DNA of 64,000 nt from Eledone cirrhosa (GCA_964016885.1 OZ024742.1:138694001-138758000), one strand, 5' to 3'; counted from the stretch's first letter, positions 1-14,131 are shown. Notes: generated by a model not told the origin, from the sequence alone. Made by a program: numbers and translations.

Positions 1-1214
1 ATTTTATCGACTCCGTAAGGATGAACGGCAAATTTAACCTCGGCGGGATTTGAACTTAGATCATAAAGAGCAGTAACTCTATGCCTCAAAGCATGGCGTC
101 CGACCTTCTACCGATACTGCGAAGGGAAGATACGCACATGGTGGATAGGGAATCGCTCCCGTAAGTTTTTGATTTTTTACATATTTGAAACAATTGTGAT
201 AGAATTACAAATGGAACGTAAGATATCAGTCTTAACACTCAGGAAGTGGCAACACATCACATTACGGCATAGGGCTCCAATATTTAATATTTAATTTAAT
301 ATTTAATTTTGTACCAGAAATGTTATAGTCAGAAAAGAAAATGGCTAGAAAACAACAGCCAAATAACTTCACACCAGCACCACCACCACCGCCGCCGCCA
401 CCATCACCATCACCATCACCACTACCACAAAAAATCTAGCCAAATACAAACCAGCACCATCCATATAATACTGCTGTCCCATCACCAACGTCACCACTGC
501 AGTGTCGCTACCCCTCACTATTCCCTCACTACTTAAGAGAGGGGTGGTGATCCAGCTACACATGAAAAGAAGCGAGGAAGGTATCAAAAGATATAAATAG
601 ACTGGATTAGTGACTCGGTGAAACAGCTAACAACAACAACACCAAAATAATTATGTTGTTGTATCTCTAAACTCTCTCAAAATGTTTAGTTTAAACGATG
701 TCAAATCTAAACTATAATATAATAATAATAATTGCTTCTGCTTTTGGCACGGAGCCAGCAATTGTCCCGGTGTGTTGCAGGTGCTTTGCGGTGTCGGCCC
801 CGTAGGGATGAAAGGAAAAAAATTATAGAAAAAATTATAGTCGAAAAATTATAGAACAGAACACAGACAGAAGCAAACGCAACAACAAACACAAATTTCA
901 AAAGTTTTGAACACAACAACCCCTACTTCCCTTAGCAGCAGCAGCAACAACAACACTAGTACAACAACACTAGTAACCGATGTTACTGGCCTTGTAAAAC
1001 GAAAAACGCAAAGGAGAAAAACAAACAAGCACAAAAAGAAAAGAAAAAAACTAAGTCAAACATTCAAACATTACAATGAAACTTTGGGTTTTTATCTATT
1101 TGTTTGTTTGTTTATTTATGTTCATCTACAGCGTGATGGTGCCACGCTAAAATCACCGGGGGTGATGAAACCACCGGTAGTTATGTAACCATACATTCAC
1201 CAATCCTCGATATG

Positions 1215-4200
1215 AGTGCTTAAATGTCGAACCTTAACAGTTCGAATAACGGTGAAATGGAGACTGGAATGTCATGTGACAGACTCTCATCCAGCAGGTG
1301 CTCCCTGGCCCAGCAGTAGGGACCTGGCTGTCATCCAAATACTGCTGGTGTTGGAGGAAGAAGAAGAAGGAAAGGGACCAGAACGAACTGGACGAAAGAA
1401 TTGAGTAGAACTGTTATGCAATGTTACCTGAAGACTAACCCCAAGGAATAAAGGCTATAGGAAACGAATGCATAACATCTGGAACGAGATTGGTCTATTT
1501 AAATTAGATGAACAAAAATTGGCCGGGCAGACTCGGGTAATAAGAACTAATGGGTGGATAAGCGAGCTTGAACTAGAGGAACTGAGCAGAGAGATTAGGT
1601 TGGAAATGGAGAGTGGGGTATGCCAGGCAAACGAGCCAGAGGGAAATGAAGGTGAAGAGGTTGAGAGAACGGAGGAAGCATCCGAAGCAGACAATGATCT
1701 GAATGCTGAAATAAATAATACCTGGAACAAAGATACGGCCATTGAGGAAATGAATGCTGACGGGCTAGGACAAGATTTGGTTGATATCCTAAACTTAGTA
1801 GTAGATGAAATGAACAATGGTAGTGGGAAACCTATGAACCTAAGATTTGTAGACAGGAAAAAGCTAAAAGAAACAACAGCTAAGGTAAACAAAGTCATCC
1901 CATACCTTGAGGCGAGGACCCTTCACCTGTGTAACAATATCCTCAAAGCAACAGCAAATGCGGTGAGGAAATTACTTGGCATAAAAGCGAGAGGAAACAA
2001 AAAACAAGAAAGATCAGAACCTTGGTGGAAGAAACGACTGAATGGTCAAATCAGGGAAATGAGAAATGACATTGGAAAGCTTGAGTCCCTACTGAATGGG
2101 ACACTAAAAAACATAGACACTAAAAATAGACTGGAAATAAAGTACAAAACTAGGAGGAAAAAGCTAAATATTATCATAGAGGAACTGAAGCAACGCATTG
2201 TAGCAAAGAGTGCAAAGATTAGGCGATACGAGAGCAGAGTCAATCAGTATAGACAGAACCGCATGTTTGACAACAACCAGATGTTGTTTGGATAGCTTGA
2301 AGGGAAAGAAAGAGGCAACGACTTGATCCCTGAATCGGAACAAACTAAGACATTCTGGAGAGGAATATGGGAGTAGGATGTTAAACATAATGATAAGGCA
2401 GTGTGGATTGAGACAGTACAAAAGGAGATTAGTGAACAGGCACACCAACAAACTGATTTGAGTATCACAGTTGAAACTCTTAAGGGGCAGGCCAAAAAAC
2501 TAACCAACTGGAAATAACCAAGCCCAGATGGTGTGCAGGGGTATGGATTAAAAATATAACATCCCTCCATCCGAAACTGACAACCATGTTCAATGACTGC
2601 TTGATGTCAGGTGAGGTACCAGAGTGGTTTACAAAAGGTACCACAGTTCTGGTAATGAAAGACCGAATCAAGGGTAATGATGTTACCAACTATATACCTA
2701 TCAGATGTCTGTCAGTAATGTGGAAACTGTTAACGAGCATTGTGTCTGAGGAAATCTACCATCACCTCCACACAAACAACTTGTTACCGGACGAACAGAA
2801 AGGATGCCGAAAGAAGTCCCGTGGTACAAAGGACCAGTTACTTATTGATAAGATGGTAATGAGGAATTGCAAGAGGAGACACACTGGTCTTGCCATGGGA
2901 TGGATAGACTACAAAATGTAATTTGACATGGTACCTCATTCTTGGATCACCAAAAGCCTAGAATCTTCAAGGTGGTAGATAACATCAGACAGTTGTTGAG
3001 CAAAAGTATGAAGTCCTGGAAAACAGAGTTAACATCGGCTGGAGAATCCTTGGGAGGCGTGAAGATCAAGAGAAGTATCTTCCAGGGAGATAGTCTGACC
3101 CCTCTGTTGTTTCTCCTTCCCCTGATGCCCTGACCATTATACTGCGAAAAGTGAGAGCAGGATTCAAGTTGGGAAAGGGAGAGCTTACCATCAATCACCT
3201 CCACTTCATGGACGATCTTAAGCTCTTCGGGAAGAGTGAGAAGGAGTTGGATGTGCTTGTTGACACTGTCCGTATTTTCAGTAATGTATGCAATTTGGTA
3301 TTAGTAAGTGTGGAGTCCTTGTGATGAAGAGGGGTAAATTGAGCAGAAGCAACGGAATCCAGGTACCAGCAGGTGAGATGATAAAGGAAATTGACACTGA
3401 AGAAGGATACAAATATTTAGGTGTTCTGGAGGCTGATGACATTAAGAACAAACAAATGAAGGAATTGATAAGATCTGAATACATTCGGAGAGTAAGGAGC
3501 GTATTAAAGTCACATGTGAACAGTAGGAATGCCATAAGTGCAGTAAATTCCCGAGCTGTGTCTATTATTAGGTACAGTGCGGGAATTCTGAGATGGAATG
3601 TTGCTGAACAAAAAGAAATGGATAGGAAGACTAGGAAGCTATTGACTATCTACAACATGTTCCACAAGAGGAGTGATGTCCATAGACTCTACTTAAGGAG
3701 ATCTGAAGGTGGAAGAGGTCTTATCAGCATAGAGGACTGTGTTCAGATGGAGAAAAACAACCTACACAAATACGTGACTGATAGTAGGGAGCCAATGCTC
3801 AGAACTGTACTGAAGGAGAGGACAATAGATCAGGGGATGTCCAAGGAGGAAATAACAACAAGGAGAAAGAGCAACCTTCATGAAAAATCCCTTCATAGTA
3901 CCTTCTTTGAGAAAACTGAATTTAGAGATCCACAGACATGGAACTGGTTGAAAAGAAGAGACCTTAAAAAGGCTACAGGAGGAATGCTAATGGCTGCGCA
4001 AGAGCAGGCCCTCAAAACGAAGTGGCTGAAACACCATATTTACAAGGAAGGGGCTAGCCCACTGTGTAGGATCTGTGGAGAGAGGGAGAGGAGTGTAAAC
4101 ACCTATCCCAGACTCACTATAAAGGCTGGAGACATGATGTGATGGGCAGGGTGATCCACTGGCACCTATGCAAAGTAAACAATTTACCACATTCTGGGAA

Positions 4201-4676
4201 GTGGTATGAGCATAAGCCAGAGTCGGTGATAGAAAACGATCAGGTGAAGGTGCTGTGGGATTTTAGGATACAGACGGACAAGAAACTGGAACACAATAGA
4301 CCTGACCTGGTGGGTTTGGACAAGGAAACAGGATCGTGCTTGATTGTGAATGTAGCCTGCCCATTCGACACAAGTGTGCAAGAGAAGGAGAGGGAGAAAA
4401 TTAACCGATACCAGGACTGAAAGTGGGAGGTAAAAAGGATTTGGAACTGCCATGAAGTCAAAGTGGTCCCGATTGTCATCCAAGGATGGCTAAAGAAAAT
4501 TGGTCCCGCCCCGCTTTTTGGAACACTTCAAAAGGGATGCTTGCTGGAAACAGCAAGAACCCTCCGATAAGTCCTGAATATCTGAGGCTGCAGGTAGTGG
4601 CTTGATATTCATTTCAACAAACTTTCCAGTTAAATAACATCAATGACTGAGACTCAAAAACAATAATAATAATAAT
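1215..4676 (+). mobile_element. R4/Dong-like non-LTR retrotransposon (RT + C-terminal restriction-like endonuclease), decayed
   Basis: ORF pieces with PWWKKRL, EQKGCR..SRGTKDQLLID, IFQGDSL, HFMDD, YKYLG, GGRGL, CRICGE, LWDFRIQTD...NRPDLV, LQKGCLL.TAR.LR; stops and frameshifts; (TAA)n 3' tail at 4661-4676. 5' limit approximate. Confidence 0.88.
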
Positions 4677-4884
4677 TGTTTCTACGTTAGGCACAAGGCC
4701 AGCAATGACCCAGTGTATTACTGGTACTTTATTTTATCGACCCCATAAGGATGAAAGGCAAAGTTAACAATAATAATAATAATAATAATAGATTAATTAG
4801 CTCTATCATATAGAAACTACGTAATATGCCAGCTGCAACTTGATAACGTCAGTCTTCTTCATTTGATGGCTGTTGCCAACCAAA

Positions 4885-5058
4885 TTTTTAGTTTTTACAT
4901 ACATATTTAGAGAGGAAAGTTCACATTTTTGTCTGAATTTTTCTTTCGTACTCTGTTAGTGCTAACCAAGAGAGGTGGTTAGCACTAACAGAGTACGAAA
5001 GAAAACTTCGGATAAAAATATGAACTTTCCTCTCTAAATATGTATGTAAAAACTAAAA
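4885..5058. repeat. Near-perfect ~85-bp-arm foldback hairpin
   Basis: tttttagtttttacatacatatttagagaggaaagttc...ttagtgctaacca loop tggttagcactaa...gaactttcctctctaaatatgtatgtaaaaactaaaaa. Confidence 0.9.
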
Positions 5059-5281
5059 AAATGTTTTCCCCATTTTATTATTATTCGTATAAATATGCAA
5101 TTTAACTGCGCTATAAACTTCCGTCATTGAAAAAGCATATACAGCTGAAACCGGTAAACTATTAAATTCGGAAATCCCTATTTTATAAATAAATGTTTTG
5201 ATGTTATACTGAAAAAATCCTTCTAGCATTTTCTACTATATTTGTTTTTCCTTTTTATTATTTGTTTATAGATATCAACTC

Positions 5282-5412
<131 letters not shown>

Positions 5413-5549
5413 GACAAGTTATAGCGGAGAAAATAAATATTTGTATATTTGATACATCAAGTCGAGTTACATTTTATCGAAGAAAATGAGAGCTGTTACA
5501 CTTGGGTGTATTTCATCCCTATAATCTTTGATCTTTGCGTAAATTTGCG

Positions 5550-5604
<55 letters not shown>

Positions 5605-5617
5605 CAAATTTACGCAA

Positions 5618-5664
<47 letters not shown>

Positions 5665-5665
<1 letters not shown>

Positions 5666-6586
5666 TACCAGATTTACCCGGCGTTATCCGGGGTTTGAAA
5701 TTATGCTAAGAATATACAGCTCGGAAGTAAAAGAAGAAAATGATTTGTCCCCAACCTGTCAAAATAAGCAGAAGTCTTCAATAATTAATGCAAACGAATA
5801 TTTAGTGCAATTTTTGTACACATAAAACTATGCTGATAATGAAGAAAAACACTGAACAGGATGTAGTTATACAAAGGATTAAAGACAATACACGTTGCAA
5901 ATCTGTAAAAAAACAGGCAGTTTTGCTAAAGTACAAAAAGTTGTAATGAAAGCAGAGTTGTATACAAACAAAAAAAACAATGAGAGTAGAATAACAGAAA
6001 ATGTATTCTTTGAGAGCATCCTTTGCTGAGTATGGTTAAATTTTGAACTTATAATCCAAAATATCCTACATGACATATTCATTGGAATGTTTTGTAATGA
6101 GTAAGGTGAAGTCAAGGCAGAGCTGTAATAAGTGTTTTTGTTAACACTAAAGCACTTCAGAATAGACGATATTCTTTGTTTTTCTTTTCGGAAAAAGCGC
6201 AAAGAGATTATCTCTACTGCCAACTCGTGAGCAGGCAACGTAGAATTGTGCGTGCAAAAAGCAAGGTTCATCCAAGTGAATTCCAGCGGCGGACAGAGTT
6301 CGAACTTGCGACTTGTTTATGGACATCGCAAAGGCACACGAAGGGGAAATTGGGTTCGGCGAAAAAAAAATAATTTTGCTATCGATTTTTTATTGCTGAA
6401 CGTGGGGCGATTTGAAAATGTTTGTGATTTGACTATCTTAGCGACAGGTGCAACGTTCACAGAAAATTTGGTCAAATTCGGTTGGGAATTGTAAAAGCCT
6501 TAGCTGTCCAAAGTTGTCCACACACACACACACACACACATACACACACACACACACACACACATCATCGCTTTTATATATATAGA
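5665..6586 (-). mobile_element. Non-autonomous Helitron, decayed 3' CTAG
   Basis: 5' TCTATATATATAAAAG...(GT)n; 3' hairpin ccccggataacgccggg followed by GTAG. Confidence 0.7.
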
Positions 6587-6958
6587 TATATATATACATA
6601 TATGAAAAAATTCAGGACCCCAACGGCTGAGCTCTGGCAGTTTCAATAGCTAGATCTGTTCGGATTTAGCTGTTGAAACGGCCGGAGCTGAGACATCGGG
6701 GTCCTGATTTTGTTCATATTACCAATTCTAATACCTCAAGTATCGAGTACTCTGGTGAGTAATGGTGTAACTGGTTTTTACCACCTCCATTCTGATATAT
6801 GTATATTATATATATATATGCGTGTGTGTGTGTGTGTCTATGTGTGTAAGCGTGTGGGTGTAATATGTATATATATATATATGTATATATATACATGTAT
6901 ATATATACACGTGAGTGCGTATGTGTTCTGATAAGTGAGAGTCTGTAGTGGTACTTAC

Positions 6959-7143
6959 CCAAGAACTGTTAATCCAATAGCTAAGCCACCAGTCACTGAA
7001 CACAATGGAACCGAATGTTAAGCTATAAATGACCAAGACTAGGAAACACAAGATATATCCTCCACCGGCTTTGATGTAACTTTGGTAAACAGAGAACGGT
7101 ACACTGTCTGTAATGATTTTTTCTTTAATTGTCAGACCATTAT
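6959..7143 (-). CDS. ABCC transporter exon K (start of TMD2)
   Basis: cgttag / gtaagt; (D)NGLTIKEKIITDSVPFSVYQSYIKAGGG...FSDWWLSYWINSSW, closely resembling the ABCC5 SVPWSVY..YI.AAGG...FS.WWLSYWI segment. Confidence 0.93.
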
Positions 7144-8271
7144 CTAACGCTAGACATTAAATAAAGAAATAATAAAACAGATAAGAAGAAATGAAGTTAA
7201 TTAAGAAAAAATAAAATGAGAAAGTAAATGGTTGAATAATATTGGTTTCTTATATAGGCACAAGGCCAGCAATTTTGGGGGAGAGGAAAGTCGATTAAAT
7301 CGACCCCAGTGCGTGACTGGTACTTTATTTTATCAACCCCCGAAAGGATGAAAGGCTAAGTTAACCTCGGCGGGATTTGAACTTAGATCATAAAGGGGCG
7401 TTGCAAAGCATGGCGTCCGACCTACCAATACTGCCAATCGACCGCCCTAAATGGAGGAATAATATTAAAACAATAAATGAATGAAAAGAAATCAAAGAAA
7501 ATATGTGCAAGGGAAGACAAAATAAGATTAAATGAATGAATGGCAAAATATCGTATCTCTGAACCGCTACTTCTACATTACATTAAATATCCAACTTAGA
7601 GGATGATTAAGTTCAATGTCTTGAAGCACTGGGAATATTTTTTGTATCGGCTCGTCAAGAAGATGGGGAAAGTATATGGACACTTTCGGGACCTCGAAGA
7701 ATGGTAGAAGAAAGGGAGGTAGCTAGATATTCTCAAACCCGATACCTGGTCCAAATCTCTGCAAAATAATTGTCGGACACATGTCACTCTCGACATGTGT
7801 CCGACAATGTTCCATTGAAATTAACGTGCAAGTGTCTGAGTATTCCACAGATACGTGTAACTTGAACGTATATCTCAAAGAGATATATGGTGGCACAAGC
7901 GTAGCAAGGCGGGCCCTTTGAATTATAACAGCTGAATGAGCTGGAGCGACGCGAATCAAATGTCTTATTCAAGGACACAGCCCATTGCTAGGAATCTAAT
8001 TGAAGAACCTAACAACCAAGCCCGTACCTTCACTACAACAGCGTGGTCACTGCTGAAGGCATCACGTACCAAGTGGTGGTGATAAACAACACAGCTATAA
8101 CTGCAATCATATGCCTTGACTGGTATATGTATTATCAATTCTGAAATAGATAAAGACTAGGTCAAAAGGTAAAAATACACAACTAAAGAGAAAAAGCATA
8201 TTGTTTGATGTTCTACCAATCCTGCAAAGCTACCGACGAAAAAAGGAAACGATGAAAGAAGAAACAGCTAC

Positions 8272-8373
8272 CTTCTGGTATTTCATTGTTGCTCTCATTA
8301 TTATCAGTTTTCCGAGAAGCTGATTGTTTTCTGGACAAAGGAAATACTTTGTCTGGAGTCTTAGCTACATTTG
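8272..8373 (-). CDS. ABCC transporter exon J (NBD1-TMD2 linker)
   Basis: tttctttacag acceptor, gtagct donor; 102 bp, open, phase 1 to 1 (NVAKTPDKVFPLSRKQSASRKTDNNESNNEIPE). Low-conservation linker, supported mainly by splice sites and phase. Confidence 0.7.
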
Positions 8374-8924
8374 CTGTAAAGAAATCAAGAAACTATATAT
8401 AACGGGATATATAATAAAATATAGAATGGCATGATGAGTGCTCGAAATGTACATACTAGTGTTCCAGAAAATATAAATCTGGTTGCTTATTAGATATGTG
8501 TTCAGTGTACAGTGGCGTGGTGAGTTTCTGAAAGTACAATGTGGTGGAAACATAAAGGACAACGGATGACAAATAAAACAAAAATAAGTAATGATTTACC
8601 AAATATATTTCAACATATTTCAGGACCCTTACCCCTTTTCGAATGTAAAACGAAAACGGTTCAAAACGAAATGAACAATCGATGTCTTCTTAGACCAGTT
8701 AGGGAAGAACACACCGATCGTTCGTTTTATTTTGAACCGTTTTCGTTTTTACATTTGAAAAGAGGGTTTTAGCTCTGAAATATCATGTTGAAATATGGTG
8801 GGTAAAACATTACTTTGTCTTGTTTTATTTGTTATCATTTGTCATTTATATATTTCTACCAGATTGTACCGGCTTTCTGAAACTTATCAGTCATTAATTA
8901 CATATCTCACAATGTTTGGTATTT

Positions 8925-9043
<119 letters not shown>

Positions 9044-9044
9044 C

Positions 9045-10600
9045 TATTTCGTTTTTGAATTTGTTTAGCAGGATTCCTTATCTGAAAACGTGTGTTGAAA
9101 CCGATATTGTTATACTTTGGGAGGGTCATGTTGCCAATAAGAAACCAATAAGAAATACACGCACCAGTTTTCACTTTAATTTATTATAAATTTCGGTTGG
9201 TTGGGTTGGTTCTATAACCGGATGGTTGTTTACATATTGTCAAAGTTCTTTCGTCACACATTCTGTGACCTCTTCAGTGACTGGGGATTCTTTTCTTTAT
9301 TTTTTATGTTGTGCCTCTCCTTTGTTCTGTCCTACGCCATCTTGTTTTTGTGTGTGTTGTGTGTTTAGTTTGCGCATGAGTTACATCCGGGTGTCTGTGT
9401 GTGTTTTTATTTGTTTATTTACATGTCACTAGTTGGTTGTTTATTCTATGTGTGTGTGATATATATATAAATATACATGCATACATATATAAGCATTTTT
9501 TTGTGTGTGTGTGTTTATATGTTTTCATTTTGTCCTTAATTATAAGTTGTGATGTTGCCATTCCATTCATGTTTTCTATTTAATTTTGGTTGGAGTTCAT
9601 TTATGTTTATTGCCTCTGTGATTTGTCTAAACATTGCGTCTTTTCTGTGTGTAGATTCAATTTTTATCTCTATGTTCTCTAATTTGCCCTTGTGTTCTAT
9701 TTTAGCATGTTGGTGGAGTATTGATGAGTCTTTTCTATCTTGGAGTTCTCGCCAGTGTTCATTTAATCGTTCTCCTATACTACGAACTGTCTCACCAATG
9801 TACATTATATTCTTATTTTTATATTGTCCCTCAGTACATCTTATGCTATATACTATGTTTCTAGTTTTACAGTTAATATGGGGGCTTAGCTTACAGATTA
9901 TGTATTTCCTATCTATACAGAGAGGTCTTTGAAAAGGGTATGTATTACTAATTAGTGTTTTTATGGAGGTACCTGGTCTTTCCACTATCTTAATATTTAG
10001 TTTAAGTTTATCTAAGCTCTTCTAAATTGTAAGCTAGTTCACCTCTAGGGTTTGTATTGATGAACATTACAATCTGGTATTTATTGCTATCATACCATGA
10101 GTTTATTTTATTAAACTTATTCATAGTTCTTTCTATTCTATTCCAAAATTTGCTCCTATACAAGGGGCAGGTCCCATTTGTATCATTATCTACCATTTTT
10201 TCCCATTTGGTTCTGGCTCCTCTATATACTCTGATTTTTTCTAAATGATTGTAGCCAGAGAACTGCATACGGTAGATGAAGTGTTGTATGTGTCTCTCTA
10301 ATTCTTTGGGGCTGGACATGCGGGACACGTTCCTCATCACCCTTACTAAATGCGCAATCAGTATGTTGATTTTGGTGTGATCCGAAACAGCTGAGTTTCG
10401 GTGGATCTGGTATTTGGAAGGTATGGATTTGGCATAATGGGAATGGAGGATTTGTTTTTGTTATTAATAGTTTCTAACCAGAGCTCTGCGTCTAGTACAA
10501 GTAATCGATGGTTTGCTTGGGTAGTCTATAGTAACTTTGATACTCTGGCGGATGGAGTTAGCTATTTGCTGGTCAGGGCCCTTACCCTCGTTTCAAATGT
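9045..10600 (-). mobile_element. Third PLE lineage: RT C-terminus + GIY-YIG + pLTR fragment
   Basis: LLVLDAELW, VMRNVS...MQFSGY, NIVYSIRC...YIGETVRS..ER..EH, RQITEAINI...LNRKHEW; hammerhead in the 3' pLTR (9238-9282). Confidence 0.85.
9238..9282 (-). ncRNA. Hammerhead ribozyme fold (minimal type I)
   Basis: gtca CTGAAGA g gtcac agaatgt gtgac GAAA g aa c TT tgac; extra G after A9; CUU site. Confidence 0.6.
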
Positions 10601-10796
10601 AAAATGAAAACAGCTGACAACAAAAATGAAGGATCGATGCGTTTTTCCGTAACTAGTCTTTACTCTACTACTGATTAATTAGAATTATACCTTTACACTA
10701 TTATCTGTATTATGTTCTGCCTCACCTTATGAACTATCAAGATCACTGGATCTTAATCTAAGTTATATATATATATATGTATGTACATATATGTGA

Positions 10797-11075
10797 AGGC
10801 GCATGGCTTAGTGCTTAGAGCATTAGGCTTGCAATCGAAAGGTTGTGAGTTCAATTCTCGGACCGGGTGATGTGTTGTTTCCTTGAGCAAGACACTTTAT
10901 TTCACGTTGTTCCAGTTTACTCAGATGAAAATGAGTACCAGCAATAGCTGGAGGTTTAACCCTGCGATGGACTGGCGTCCTGTCCAGGGGGGATTCTTGT
11001 ACTCTCAGACGCTTCACGCCATGAAACCGGGATAAGCACCGGCCAAATGAGACTTCTGGCTTAAGACAGACTTTA
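10797..11075 (+). mobile_element. Second tRNA-derived SINE family
   Basis: A-box tggcttagtgc, B-box gagttcaattc, body ccttgagcaagacactttatttcacgttg...aaccctgcgatggactggcgtcctgtccagggg; related copies at about 39780-39995 (-), 12890-13150 (+), 7850-8030 (-). Confidence 0.8.
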
Positions 11076-11291
11076 GATGTTTATATATATATTGAAATAG
11101 AAGCTTCGACGTAATATTTTTCTTTACGTAATTTAGTCTAATAATGGGACATATAAACCCACTAGACGGAAAAAGATGGAACCCACACCTCTAGTTTGCG
11201 GGATGAGGACGCCACCGTTACACCAATTAACCCACCCAGCTTCTTCCGTTATTGTTAGAAGCTATAACTTAATATCGATATGTAAAATAAT

Positions 11292-11477
11292 TGTTTCTAC
11301 TTTAGGCACAAGGCCAGCAATTACCCAGTGCATTACTGGTACTTTATTTTATCGACCCCGTAAGGATGAAAGGCAAAGTCAACCTCGGCGGGATTTTAAC
11401 TCAGATCGTAAAGGGACGTAACTATGCTGGAAAGCATGGCGTCCGACCCTCTACCGATACTGCCAATCCACCACCCT
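11292..11477 (-). mobile_element. tRNA-derived SINE (main family), full length with 17-bp TSD
   Basis: A-box tggcagtatcgg, B-box gagtt(c/a)aaatcc, core gccgaggttgactttgcctttcatcc...ggggtcgataaaataaagtaccag; TSD tcgatatgtaaaataat at 11275-11291 and 11478-11494. Other copies or fragments at about 1-120, 4674-4768, 7243-7450, 34770-34930, 37585-37740, 38410-38745, 39010-39170, 43700-43795, 59630-59810. Confidence 0.9.
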
Positions 11478-11686
11478 TCGATATGTAAAATAATGAACTA
11501 TGTTTGGAACGAGGAGAGCAGAGTTTAGAAATAGAAATAGAAGCTTTGCCGTAATATTTTTGACTTTTTCCATTTAGTGAGTTTATACGCTCCATTATCT
11601 AATTATATTATATAGTCAAAAATATTACGACGAAACTTGTTTCTATTTCAATTCTAAACTCTGCTCACCGCATTCCAAATATACTT

Positions 11687-11762
<76 letters not shown>

Positions 11763-11977
11763 ACATATATACATATATATATAGGAAAATGTTCAAGACC
11801 CCGACAGCAGAGCTGAAGCCATTTCGACGGCTATTTCTTGACTAAAAACATTTTAGTCCAGAAATAGCCGTCGGGGTCTTGAACATTTTCCTATTACCCA
11901 CTCTACTACCCTAAATATTGAGTACTCTGGTGCGTTATGGTCCCTCTGGTTCCTTACCACACTTCCTTCGTTTTATA

Positions 11978-12013
<36 letters not shown>

Positions 12014-12021
12014 TGTATGTA

Positions 12022-12098
<77 letters not shown>

Positions 12099-12349
12099 AT
12101 ATATATATATACTAACAGTCTGACTTATTTATGTATTAACAGTGGTTTCATAGACGTAAATACGTCTGAGTCCCTCAGATTTGCAGGCATCTGAAGGAGT
12201 TAGATATGTTTAAGTCCATGAAACCATCCATTGCTAATGCAGATAATCAATAAATAATTGAAATTGTTTAATATAAATATTCTCAGCTACCACATTTTGT
12301 GTTTGTTGCTATCTAATTTCAATTTGTACCCACTGGGTATAATAGGAAT

Positions 12350-12595
12350 CACATATAGCATGCACGAATGAAAAATATGCTAGTATGGATATGTGATCCG
12401 TATAGATGATAATCGTTTGGTGAAGAAGGGATAAGAAATCTTAGTGGAAGGAAACTCTCTCAGGAGAGGAAGACCAAGTATGACCCGGACGGAGTTGGTG
12501 AGCAGTGATCTTAAATCGCTGCAACTCACATCGAAGATGACGAAGGAACTTAACGATGATAGGGATGTTGTGCTGAAAAATACCCGTCCAACTCT
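12350..12595 (+). mobile_element. Highly decayed RTE-like 3' fragment
   Basis: Remnants of L.W.GYV.R and RGRP..T..E.V..DL similar to 57100-57430. Confidence 0.5.
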
Positions 12596-12649
12596 TGAAT
12601 AAAGAAGTTTAGTGTAAAGAAGTTTGTGAAAGTAGAAAGTCTACATTAC

Positions 12650-12800
12650 TTTGAGAAGTTTTTTCGTTTACATTTCCAGAATGAAACGCTGTGATAGCTC
12701 TCATGTAGTAACCGTCGTGTTTCATAATGTTTTTGTGGGTTCCATTTTGAACTATTCGACCATTTTCTAAAACTAGGATAGTATCGCAATCTTTTAGAAA
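12650..12800 (-). CDS. ABCC transporter exon I (end of NBD1)
   Basis: ggacag acceptor; FLKDCDTILVLENGRIVQNGTHKNIMKHDGYY...KTSQ. The donor (gtaatg) was chosen because it gives the phase-1 end required by exon J, so the 3' boundary is less certain. Confidence 0.85.
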
Positions 12801-13160
12801 CTGTCCAATGAAGAAGAAAAAAATACAAGAAAGAAAATTACCAACAAAGTAAAGGAAACATGGAGGAAGTAAACAAGTTAAGGGAATGATGTGAAGGTAA
12901 GTTAACGTAATGGGTGTCCGGTACACGATCGTAAGATCATGAGATAGAGTCCTGCCGGAGCAATGTGTCCTTGGGATATATACTTTATTTCACGTTACTC
13001 TAGTCGACTCAATTGCCGAACATAAGTTGTACCTATAACTCAAAGAACCGGCTTGTCACACAGTGTCATATTGAATCTCCCTAAGAGATTAGTTATGTGT
13101 AATCATGTCAGTAGAATGCCCAGACACTTACACGTTAATTTTCCGAGCATGTTGATATGT

Positions 13161-13277
<117 letters not shown>

Positions 13278-13804
13278 AATGTAAATCTGAGTTTTTCGAA
13301 AATTAATAGTAATATTCGATTCGTTTGCAATAATGCTAACAGCCTCAGTACCATATACTGCCTATCTGCCAACTGTCATGAGGGGTAATCAGCCACAAAC
13401 ATTAGTGCCTGCCGCTCTGTTTAAATGCCAATACAAGAGCAAGAATTACGAGGTCATTTTACTCACATGGCTTAAAGAGGATGTTTAAATGATTGCAAAC
13501 GAATCGAATATTATTATTAATATTCGAAAAACTCAGATTTACATTTCTTGTATTCAGCCATGTAGAGCGATAAAACTATTTGTTAGTTATTTGACTATGG
13601 CAAAGCCGGCTATTATCGCTCGTATAAATGAAACTGACTGGCCTATCTGCTGATATGCAAATCTGGATGATCAGTCGGTCTGCTAATATGCAGATCTGAC
13701 TGATCAGGCAATCTGTTAATATGCAAATCCAGCCGAACAGTGACTATATATTACAGAAAATATCATATATTCACTAGCTCTGACAGTTGGCAGGTAGGCA
13801 GTAT

Positions 13805-13851
13805 ACGGTACTGACGAAGAGTAATCACCCAGAAACATTAGTGTCTGCCGT
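13805..13851 (+). ncRNA. Hammerhead ribozyme fold (type I)
   Basis: acggta CTGACGA a gagt aatc accc a GAAA cattagtg TC tgccgt; 6-bp stem I, GUC site, imperfect stem II. Confidence 0.65.
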
Positions 13852-14013
13852 TCTATTTACATGCCAACACAAGGACAAGAATTACGGGGCCATTCTACTC
13901 ACATGGCTTGCAGAGGCTGTTTGCATAATTGCAAACAAATCGAATATTATTATCATTATTCGAGAAACTCAGATTTACATTTCTTGTATTCAGCCATGTT
14001 GAGCGATAAAACT

Positions 14014-14131
<118 letters not shown>

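Noticed and set aside
309-536. His-rich ORF
   Set aside because: Arises from a (CAC/CAT)n simple repeat; no splice or homology support.
11170-11240. tRNA-like segment, and the A/B-box heads of SINEs
   Set aside because: No complete cloverleaf; these are SINE-derived heads, not tRNA genes.
12609-12926. ORF read as a stand-alone or terminal ABC exon
   Set aside because: Only 12650-12800 is exonic; in-phase downstream exons continue into TMD2.
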